DNA of 63,632 nt, the filler included, from Neolecta irregularis DAH-3 (lineage: Eukaryota): NCBI GenBank assembly GCA_001929475.1. It is 7 parts of 7 records of this genome, joined end to end, with 100 filler letters (N's around TTAATTAATTAA, not from the genome) between each part and the next. Parts side by side here need not be neighbours in the genome. Positions count along the whole stretch, not along the records: positions 25,191 to 41,062 come from LXFE01000480.1; 6 more parts are not named here. One strand, given 5' to 3'. Shown piece by piece: positions 25,091 to 35,591 of this stretch. The notes below the pieces were generated by a model. That model searched no databases, was not told where the DNA came from, and saw only the letters and a program-made list of their open reading frames with translations. The translations under genes were made by a program, and so were the position numbers. Each line of letters opens with the position of its first letter. Positions within the stretch are counted from its first letter, which is position 1.

Positions 25091-25190
25091 NNNNNNNNNN
25101 NNNNNNNNNNNNNNNNNNNNNNNNNNNNNNNNNNTTAATTAATTAANNNNNNNNNNNNNNNNNNNNNNNNNNNNNNNNNNNNNNNNNNNN
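25091..25190. other. Artificial contig spacer (N-run, TTAATTAATTAA, N-run); the same spacer occurs at 41063-41162, 52111-52210, 59326-59425, 60817-60916 and 62226-62325
   Basis: An identical 100-nt block with stops in all six frames occurs six times. Confidence 0.98.
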
Positions 25191-26231
25191 CGATATTCTG
25201 AGGACGCAGATTTGGGATCGAATCGCTTGTATCCTTGAGCTCTCCTTCGAATTTGCCCAGGGGAATTTCGTTATCTTCTTCATTCACTTCATTTCTGGGC
25301 TCCTTTTGGGAAATTAACTTCTTCAAATCAGTTTTATGATTGAATCCTGGTATTTGAGTAAGTAGGTCGTTATTCTGGGGATGGGTAGTTGAATCACTCG
25401 CATCCTTGAGCTCCCCTTCGGGTTTGTTCTTGGGAATGTTCTTATTGAGGGAGTTCCAACTTGGAGGTGGTGGCGGTCTCGATTGGCCTGGCGTATTTAC
25501 CACTCTTTTGGGTGCATCTTTCTGTAGATTCCCAGTTACTTCATCAGGTCTCGTTGAAACCGAGGAGTTCACTGGCTCGGGTTGTCTCATTCGTCGGCCG
25601 TCATACACACCGTTTCTTGCTTGTGGATATAGTGCGTGAGCCGCAATCCGACCTTGTGGTGTACTGGTAGGAAAGCCTGGGGTCGTGCTTTTGTCAGTAG
25701 CAGTATTCGTTCGGCTTCCCGCCACCGGAATGTGTGGGGGATAGGCTCGAGATGGCGGGGGTTGATGGGCGGCTGCTGGTAAATTAGTTGGATTGCAGAC
25801 ATTATATAAGTACCTTGTTTAGGCAATTGCCGATCAGCCTGGGCAAAGAATTCTTGCTGGGACTGGTAAGAAGGGTAATTTAAGTCGAAAGTTTCATATG
25901 AGTGATATCTGGCAGCCAAAGTTGTAGGCATTTCATTGGATGGAGGAATGACATCTGCAGCTGCTCCAGGGTAGCGGGCAGCATGCGCTGCAGCGTTTCT
26001 ACCGTGTCGGATGGTGATGGAAGCTGTGGCTGTTGCAGTGTGTCGGGTGGTAGTAGCTGTAAACTGTCTGGCATAACCATGTTGCTTTCTGAGCGGAGCA
26101 GCGTTCATGACTTTGACCGTGGACCTGTCAACGACCGCAAATTGTTCTTGTCCTGCGGGAGGGTGTGCAAGAGCTCTCGGTTGGAGAGCGGCGTGGAGTA
26201 ACCATGCTACTATGTCAGTTCGGTTGTTCAT
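25191..26231 (-). CDS. Low-complexity hypothetical gene (two overlapping ORFs joined by an intron or frameshift), truncated at the contig end
   Basis: ORFs 25587-26231 and 25191-25725; internal repeat EGELKD(A/T)SDS; no recognisable domain. Confidence 0.4.
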
Positions 26232-26479
26232 AGTATCACAATACCTTGGCAGCTTGTTTGATGGCGTTCAGGAGCCACTAAAGCACAGAGGAGACCAAAA
26301 GTTTTTGCAAATTGCATTGCCAAGTTTGCGAAACTGAAGTTGGCAGAAAAACGTCTTTTTATTTATTTCAACTTGCAGCTGACACTTTCTCACCTCGGTC
26401 GCAGTAAGTGAAACTGTCTCTCAAGGACGGTATAATTTTTCATTCACTTACTTTTTTGTCTCGCTTCCGGCTATACATA

Positions 26480-26650
26480 CATTAGAACCTGGTTACAGTA
26501 TAACGAGTGTGGAGTTCAGGGGTGTTGAATTTGTTATAGGAAGGATTCGTTCTATAATGATATCAGGTTAGACCTTACACAAATTGATTTTGGAAGACTC
26601 GTTATAACGAGGAATTCGTTGTATGGGTTCCATATAACCAGGTTCTACTG
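26480..26650. mobile_element. MITE, pogo/Tigger-like (Tc1-mariner superfamily)
   Basis: Terminal inverted repeats CATTAGAACCTGGTTA and TAACCAGGTTCTACTG. The left end is preceded by TA, and there is an internal CTCGTTATAACGAG palindrome. Confidence 0.7.
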
Positions 26651-27391
26651 AAAATTTCACGCTCTGAGACAGCTCTTAGGATCTAGGCGCACCACAGGAT
26701 GTCTCACATGTCGGGATCTGAGACAGCTCATCGAAGACACGATTGGAGCTTGATGGATGTCAGTCCGCAGAAATGGGTGAAACAGGAGGATCTTCAGTCT
26801 GGTAAGCCGTATAGATTGCATGATAATAAACATCATCAGAATCCACCAGACATTGAGAACTAATTCCAGTAGGCTGCTATAACTGTGTTGTCAGAACCTG
26901 ATAATTCCAGAAAACGTACATATGCTGTAGTAGTGCGAGCATATGCAGAGTACCTGCTGGGGACGATAAAAGGGCGCAATAAAACTTATTCTTGTTGAGT
27001 CTGTCGTTGTTGCTCTGCGTTTATTCAAGCACACCTACTCTACAAGGCTGTAAGAAACTGCATCTCTGGCTGGAAATATACTTTTCGGTCTGTAGCTGCT
27101 ACAACCATTTAATTTCGGCATCAAGATCTATCCCAATTCCTGTAAGGAGATCTTGCTCAAGAGTGTAACAACGAGGCTTGCGAACATTCGATGGCTGCAA
27201 TTTCTGTCGCTCGGACTGGGTAGATGTGTGAGTTCCGGGCGATCACCCATACTATCATACTCCTTTAATGGTAGTAGACTCCGATCCAGACCATCTTTAC
27301 CAATGTGTGCAATCCAACGGACCAAGCCACCCAAAGGAACAGTGGCACCCTCTTAAGAGGCATAAGATACCCATTGCCTTCAAATATTTGT

Positions 27392-27898
27392 GGGGGTTGA
27401 TGGGCGGACACTAGTAAACTAGTCGGATTGCAGACATTATATAAATATTTTGTATAGCTGATAAGAGCGGTGGTCTGGTGTGAAAGTTTCATATGAGTGA
27501 TGTCTGTCAGCCCAATTGTAGGCATTTCATTGGATCGAGCTGCAGCTTGTAACATGCAAGCTGCAATTGTAGAGATTTTTAGACTTAGATGACTTGTATA
27601 AAACGGGATAAAACGATGGTTAGATTCCTTTGCAGAATGAATAGAGCATTATTCACCAGTCCTACAAGCAAGCACCTACAGGTCTACTTATAGAAAACAG
27701 AATAGCCGCTTCGGCTATAGAAACCTAGACTTTGACCAAAGGAAAGGCCAAATAAGAGATCACTTTAAAATATCCTCCAAAAGATTACAATATCATTTTC
27801 GTACCACAAGCTGCTCCAGGGTAGCGGCCGCTATGCGCTGCAGCGTTTCTACTGTGTCGGGTGGTGATGGAAGCTGTGGCTGTTGCAGCGTGTCGGGT
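27392..27898 (-). pseudogene. Fragmented paralogous copy of 25757-26048, interrupted by a solo LTR
   Basis: Collinear blocks: 27392-27443 matches 25757-25809, 27482-27547 matches 25887-25962, and 27809-27898 matches 25959-26048. Confidence 0.85.
27548..27808. mobile_element. Solo LTR, 261 bp
   Basis: TGT...ACA ends are flanked by AGCT on both sides. The paralog at 25955-25970 shows the empty site (gcAGCTgctcc). An internal TATAAAA is present. Confidence 0.8.
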
Positions 27899-28399
27899 TA
27901 GCACCGGAGCCTCTCCGGCGGGCGGGCCGTTGGACACACTGAATGTATAGGAATTGGCTGCAGGGATAAGTGCAGGGCCAGGGGTAAGCCCATAAGCTGA
28001 AAGACTGGAACTGAAGCGGAGGAAAGAGACTAAAGTGGTTCATGGACCTAGGGGTGTCCTAAGAGCTGTATCTGAGGTGAAATCGATTGCCAAAGATCGA
28101 GACTAGATAGTTTGCGACAGGTGGAAGGAGACCAATTTAGGGCTGTCAAGCCACAAGCATATGCCGTAGAATGTACCCTTCAGGTACACCTTACCAAATA
28201 GATGATCAGTCTGGTTTCATTATTGTTAACAATTTCAGTAATGTTATTCAGAATAGTAGGATTAAGCCCGTCTTCCTTGCATTACAATCCGTCAAGAGGA
28301 TCCCTGGAAGATCAATCTATGAGATTTTCAAGTGACATCTTGGGAGATTTCAATTTATTGATGATCGAATGATTTTCTTTGGCTTCCAGCCTTTATAAT

Positions 28400-30073
28400 T
28401 CATAACTTGAATCCGCCGGTACGACCCCAGATATTAAGGGGATCATATTTTTCCTTCGTTTTCTTCAGGTCCTTGTAGCTACTCCAACTCTGAAATACCT
28501 GTTGATCTTCCCATGCATCATTTAAAAACAAGGGTCGATATCTTGTTTTACTCTTGCTGTCTGCTTCTGCTTCTTCGATCTTGTATCCAAGCTGTCGACC
28601 AGCCTCAATTTCGTCTTGACGATCATTACTATTTCCATAACCACTCGAAATAATGAGCCAGATCAGGTCCTCGTCGAGCAGCGCGTAAGCATCTGCCTTA
28701 GGTCCCTGACTGACAGACTTAGGGATTAGTTGGTAGGCCAGGCTCCATTGGGTGCTGGATTCGTGAACCAAAGGATCAGTCAAGTTCTTCCAGAGATTGA
28801 AAGTTGTTTCGTATAGATCAAGAGAGGCTCCGGTAGATTCGCTGCGAAGAATCCAACCGTAATTATTTATTTCAGAGCCCACGCTGAAATTCTCGACCTG
28901 GTGAAAATGAGTAAAACAGGTGAGAAATAGTCTTCATACATATTCAGGGTATGTTCGTGTTCTTAAATCTCTTGCGATGGATTTTATCGAGAGAAATTCA
29001 TCGAATACATTTCCTGGGTCAGGACCATTATAGAATATGATCGCTGTGAAAACACTGGAATTCGTTGTTCGCACAAGATAAGGTGTCAGAGAAACTTTCG
29101 AATTTCTGGCCAATCGAAGGTTTTCAAATGCCTTGAAAAGATCTTCCTGGAGTTCGATCGAATAAGTCACGATACCCCCCCAAACCTAGTTGTAAGACGG
29201 TAAACTCAGGCAGACGTACTAAATCTATTGAATATGTCTTCAGCTTAAATTCTGTGACGATGCCGAATTGGTTGCATCCGCCCTTTAGAGCATAAAATAA
29301 ATCTGATCTCGAGTACTGGCTAGCGCGAACAATATTGCCATCTGCAAGAACCACCTCGTTTGGTAAATTTGTGTCTATGAATCTGGTTGATACCTCATAC
29401 TCCAAAACATTATCAGCAGCAAGTCCGTGCTCAAAACTCAAGAAACTGAGACCACCTATCAGTATTCAGTGGGACCGGGAAACCGTATGAGGGAGGTACC
29501 TCCCAGAAGTAATCCGCCAACCCCAACGTCAGACATTCTGCCACCAACAACAACAAGTCCGTCCTCTTTCATGTAAGAAACCTCTCATCTAGAGCCATGG
29601 TACCTTGAAGCTTCTTACCGTTAGAGAAACCTCAAACGCAATATTTATACCGAATAAACATCAATCCACCTGTTCCCAGGTCCAACAATTGCTGATCCAT
29701 TCCCAAGGTTCTGGACTGTATTCATATTCCCAAGAGCGATGAGAACTCCGTCCTTAATGGCAGAGAAGCTATTGTGATTATGACCGCCGCTTTTAATGGC
29801 GAAAGGAACAGTCTCTTTCGCAATGAGTTTGACTGCGACGGAAACTTCTTCTGCGAGAGTTGGTTGAAACGTACACGCAGGTCGCGTATTGGTGTTGTAT
29901 ATTGACCAATACCGCAATTGTTCTTTCTCGTAGGCAGCGTCTCCTGGATAATGCAGTTTGTCCGGGTAAGCTCTTTCGAGCTCGACACACACATAATTTA
30001 TGGCTTCAGTTGAACTATCTGCTGAAACGAGGAGTCGAGCAAGATTGATCAATAAGACTGAGGCAAAAATCAT
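28400..30073 (-). CDS. Secreted FAD-binding oxidoreductase (berberine-bridge-enzyme-like), multi-exon
   Basis: Signal peptide; motifs FAIKSGGHN, VGVGGLLLGGG, ALKGGCNQFGIVT, FLND and KEKYDP. Confidence 0.9.
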
Positions 30074-31804
30074 CGCATCCGTTATTGAATACTCTTCTGA
30101 TAAGACAAGAGTATATATACACTTCCCCAAGAGGGTGCGCCGGAGTTACGCTTGTCTCCTAGGGTGAACATTCGCCTGCAGTGTTACAATATTGCATCCC
30201 CGAGGCTTAGACACGTTCCAAATCACGGCTCAAATCCCATATGCGGGACGTCTGCACCTCAGTTTGTTGGAGATGTTCGGATTCCGTCCGTAGTTACTGC
30301 TATATGTATGTCGTCTCCATACTCGGAGTGGATGCTCTATTTTGGAACAAGATGCAGCCTATGATCCCATTCTCAGGATGCAAATCAGAGCCCCAGATAG
30401 ATCTATATTCATCAACATCGCAAGTTCATGATCTGTTTGAAGCTACGGCACTAGCATCGCTGCTGTCCTTGCTCTTGAATTTCTTGCGAAGTATAGTGAA
30501 ACGTTGCGTGCGAGAAACGAGATTGTTCAACATCAACCACTTTTTTCAGGTTGTGGGATCCAGAAGCCTCTAACCGGTAACCCCGAGCACCTATAAATAC
30601 AATCGCGTGACCATCAAAGCCCCGCCGGCTCCTAAGTCTAAAAGCCAGCGGCAGAAACGATAATTCGAACCACCCCATTAATTAGAGCGAAGCTTGGCAA
30701 TTTTCTTCGGTTTACGAGTTGTGCGATATCTGGGATTCTACAAAGATAATGACCACCAATCATCGTGATGGCTTTTTTGACAGTCCCCCTGTAGAAACTC
30801 TACGTAGCCATACTAGATGACAGGGAGGACAGAATGCAGAACCACCCTTATCAGAGGCATAGACTGCGTCCTTTTATCACTGGAATCCCACCAACACTCA
30901 CACACACTCATGAATACTGTGAATGCTTTTTGAGACACTGGTAGTACTATGAATAGGGTCAGTTGGTGAAATTGGGAATAAAAATCAAGTCTTGGATCGA
31001 TGCCGTTTACTGGAACAAATGGGTTTTATAATAGCATAGTAAAGATGGAATTGCTGTCTGTTTTGCTAAGAGTCGTAATGATCTGGGATTCTCACAATAT
31101 TCCTACCCCTTCAGCAAGCCACACTGGCAAATTGATATCAATCCAAGAAAGTACGTAAAAATAAATAAAACCCTGTTGCAATGCCAAGTCGCTTGAGAAC
31201 CCTGTGAGATACTCTTAGACTCAGCATCTGCGTTGCCTTCGATACTTCAGACGGCGACTGAAACATAGAACTCCACCATCTTGATCCTTCGAATCTTTTG
31301 CACACGTGAGTGGATAGTTCTTAGGGTTAAAAAAAGTTGCTATCACCATAACTCAAAAAGAGAAATTGATCCAGATGGGTGGATTTGTATTTACTTGGGC
31401 TGGTTAATTGTTGCTTGACCCCTTTCAGTGGAGTCTAGTGTCCTTGCTGATTGATTATGATACATGGACACACGAACATCAACTGGTAACAAGAACGTAA
31501 CTCTTGGTGAGAGATTTATACATCCTAACCCTAGCCACCCAAGGTATAAAACACTATCCTAGTTTGCTAAAGAATCTTTTCAATATGAGCAGAGCCAACA
31601 AGAGGAATTTAAGTGCACTTACAATGGGGCCAAGCCATCTTTAGCTCATTGGCCATTGTCAAACTGGACCTTCTTTGGCTCCAATTTCGTCCTAGAGCAT
31701 TTCAGATGTTTGCTTCCCTCCCCAAAATGAAACACGCCCACTGGGGCTTTTGGACGAGACAGAGGATGAGTGGAGAATATAGGGTTTGACGATTTAGTGA
31801 AAGC

Positions 31805-31933
31805 TCAGCGCCGATTTAACCGACACCCCCCTAAACCCGACACAATATACGGAATTCTTATTATATATTTATATTGTATCGGGTTTAGGACATTGTGTCG
31901 GGTTTAGGGGGGTGTCGGTTAAATCGGCGCTGA
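31805..31933. mobile_element. MITE-like foldback element with perfect 42-bp arms
   Basis: TCAGCGCCGATTTAACCGACACCCCCCTAAACCCGACACAAT occurs at 31805 and its reverse complement at 31892-31933, around an AT-rich loop. Confidence 0.8.
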
Positions 31934-32268
31934 ACTTAGTTGTTGCGCCATCGGCTGGGCTTTTAAAAGGTCACTGAAGCAACGTCAAAAAGATCTTCAC
32001 CGAAAAGCAGATGCAGTAATCCTAACACAATCGACAGCACAGTTTTTCAGTGAAAGAAGAGAATTCCGTATTCGTGCGGTACTCCCGTAGCAACACCAGC
32101 CTTTTTGAAGATGTAAACAAGTATCCTAGAAAAAGAAAATGTATGACAGACAGAAACAGTAACACTACAAGACAAGGCAAGGCAAAGAGAAATTATTATC
32201 ACACTTCATTGTTCATACTTTAAGCTCCACAGCTATCCAAAATCACATGATACCAGTTAAATCATAAA

Positions 32269-33480
32269 TCATCGAGCCCATACCATATACTTCCCCGATT
32301 TTTTATCCTTTAACCAGGCAAGACTATTTCGAAGATTTGTTCGTGGGACGTTTGGGGCAAGTTGAAAAATCTCGTTCAGAACAGTGATCAGTTTCAACTT
32401 ATGGCCACCTAAGCGAATATGTGACAAGTCGTAGTTTTTAAGTAATGTCGTGTATTTCCATTTCAGTGCACTGGCATTTGTCGACTGAAAGAATCTCTCA
32501 GCAATATAATCCCAGGGCGGAATAATCGACTGTTTCGGAGCAGTAGCAAGCGTCTTGTCAAAAACCAGATTCCGGCCAAAGATCCCAATGAGAGTTTCTG
32601 AAGAAAATGCCTCCAGGACCTCTCTGAGTAAAGTAATCGGGAGCCTTGGGATCTTCTCCTTGTTGATCTCTGTGTCAAATTCTGTTACTCGGAGAAGCTC
32701 CATATACATGTCGTTCGACCATGCAATAATAATTTCTTCGGCACAATCATGTAGGTCAAGCTGTACTTCGAGCTCGACTACTGTATAAGCTCTCTCCAGT
32801 CAGAAGGTAGGAAAGTACGAGGTTGTTCTGCGATCTTCCCGCGTTTGGACTGGCGTACAGGAGTCAAGTTATCCACTGGTCCCAAGCGTCGCTTAACTGC
32901 TTTATCTGAATCGCTATCTGACATCGTCCTTTTCTTGGCTTTAGTATTGCTTTAGTCTTTAGTTCACAATGAGTAAAGGCGGTACATGAAGGGTTTTGAC
33001 GATTGGAGGGCCTGTTCAGATGTATACAGTGGTGAAGGAAGAGGATCCATATTAGTATATTCCTCAGCAGGAAATCTCGGAGCCGATGTCATATAGCTTA
33101 TAGCAAGCTTGCTTGGGGAAAAAACAGAGATTTTTTCCAAAATTGAGGTTATTGCTTGCTATGTGGAGTTGAAGCGAATCCAGAGGGAGAATGGCGGAGG
33201 CGGAGTTTGTTTTATTGCTAGCCGTTATGATCCAAAGCAGATTTGCTGTTTTGCCATAGAAGACGGAAGCCAATATTCTGCCTTCATGAGTGTCTTTTGA
33301 TCTGGATCTAGCACTTCCTCCATAGATTAAAGATTGCCCAGATACTGGAATCTTCAACGACCTCAACCGAAGAAATATATTGTCGAATTGCAGATTGTAC
33401 TCTATTTTAGCATCTTTGAATTCTGCATCAAAAAATATTCGCAAACATTCTTCAGATGTTTTCTTGTCACTATCGCCAGT
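32269..33480 (-). CDS. Hypothetical protein, probably multi-exon
   Basis: Co-oriented ORFs at 32269-32709 and 33064-33444; no recognised domain. Confidence 0.4.
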
Positions 33481-33533
33481 ACCTTATCTTGTAACCTCTG
33501 TCCTCGTTAAAGCGTCATAAACCACCAAACAAT

Positions 33534-34795
33534 ATGGCTCCTACACATTCGTCGCTCTCAGTCACGCTGTATTATATCATTTAAACCATAATTAACTTAC
33601 ATAGTCATCCACTGGCCCTCCTAACGCTCTCTGACCTCATATCTCGTTCGTCACTTAATAAAAGTTCAATCTTTGGGGTCACCCTGGGAACTCAGAATGT
33701 CCGAAATATTACAATGGAATTCGCCTTCGAAGTCGAGTTAGTTCCTGGAGCTGGAGTGAATCTGGCTTTTTTACAGAAAAGAATTGACCAATGTGAGTTT
33801 GTCTTTCAATTTGGAATCGTCATTACAGATCTGTAACAGAATCCGAGGCCGTTCAATCATGTTCCAAAAGACTCTACGTGCTTTCCAGAGTAGAAATGCA
33901 TAGATGGAAAGAGTGATGGGCAGATTTCTCTCTTTCAAGGATGTCTGTCCCAGGAGGACTTAGAGCAGATATTGCCATGACGATATATCTCTTCGATACT
34001 TCTTAGTGAATGATAGGATGAAAAGGCTAACCGTTTCCAGATAGACAAGTCTACCCCACTTTAGAGCCAACTGGATACTTCCTCTGTAGTACTAGTCATT
34101 CACCACCTCTGGAACTCCACAACCAACTCTCAAATTATCTCGAAAGACCTCCTCTTGTTGTCCTCCTCCATTCCGCCCTTCCTTTGCGTTTCTCTATCTT
34201 CGAGACTGAAGTCACAAATACAAACAGATTCATCGAAGTTCTCTGGAATTATGATACTACGGAAGCAGAACGTGTCACAGTTGCTAGTTTGATAAATGAA
34301 GGGGGAGAGGAGGGTCAAGGTTCATGAGGCCTTCCAAGTTTACAACTAACAGGTTTAAGTGATTAGCCAGCTTTTATCATCAGCATCTGCGATTCAGATA
34401 TTACAAACTAGAATCCGACAATTCATTCACTTTCTCGCATCGCCGATCTCCCATTGTCCTGAATACAACCAAATCAACCGCAATCTTCTTTCACTCATTT
34501 CCAGATTGCCAGTGACAGCACCCACCAACGAATTATCACAGAAAGAACGAGATGGCGAAATCATCTTGTTCCTAGCTCAAGTTACCAAAAGCGTACAAGA
34601 ACTCAATGAAGTATCGGCACCTTCTCAGTACAAAGGAGCTAATCTAAGATTGCAGATAAGTTCAATACGGCGTTCGCACCAAATCAGAAGGGTAAAGGGA
34701 GGGAAATCAAGGAGATGTCATTTGGCGGTAGAGAAGGGCGGGGAGCATGGGAAAACGCTACTGGGTACATGGATAAAATGAGAGGCTTATTCTGA
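33534..34795 (+). CDS. CSN6: COP9 signalosome subunit 6 (inactive MPN domain), multi-exon
   Basis: Spliced reading gives VTLHPLALLTLSD, LGTQ..RNITMEFAFE, QVYPTLEPTGY, EAERVTV and a C-terminal KMRGLF*. Confidence 0.8.
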
Positions 34796-35591
34796 GCGAG
34801 AAGAAACTGTCAAATTTCCCTTCATCTAGCATTTCCTGTCAAGGTCATAATCGTATTGTAAGACTATACTCGCGGTCTACTTTACCAATAATACTGCTTG
34901 TGGCTTGCAATGATCACCGTGACCAGCCAACCACCCACCCGAGGCAGGAATTAACAATTTACATAGCTGCAATCCCGCATTCACTAAGTAATAAAAATTT
35001 CAAGATTTCATTGCATAAAGGCATCTGGAAGCGAGACAGGAAGTATCTCCAATCCTATAGACCCTCCCGCTTGTCAACTTCCAATCGAGGTCCCAGGATG
35101 CATCACGCCTGAGTGCAAATTCGAATCATCTGCTGCCGCTCAAGTGCTAGACTGAGACCGAGAAAAAAGGAGATCAAGTATAACAAAAGGATTGAACGTT
35201 TTGAAATCTGAGTAAGTTTTTACGGGGGAGCTCATATCTCACTAATACTATAATTTCCAGGACATTCATGCAACCGAGTCGATATATGAAATACTCAAAG
35301 ATAGGCAAGACAACAGATCCAATGTTTGTGACTGTTATTTAAGTTAAGGATAGCTGGAATATTAAAATTAATAAATTTGGTTATTTCATAACTGGTATTC
35401 GTGATGACTCCCACCCCTGGAGAAAAAGGATTTCTGTAGTATATGTCAACAATGACTTCAGGAAATTTTTGAACCCTCGATTGGCTAGAGTATGTTTGTT
35501 CAGATGTCGCGAACTAGTGACGTTTCCGTTCGCTTGGCTGGCTCGTCTATGAGCTGTCCTTTACTGGCCCACTATTCGCAGGATTCATAAA

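Noticed and set aside
25091-25190. TTAATTAATTAA palindrome as a biological site, and ORFs ending in XXXLIN
   Set aside because: It is an artificial six-frame-stop spacer, repeated identically six times.
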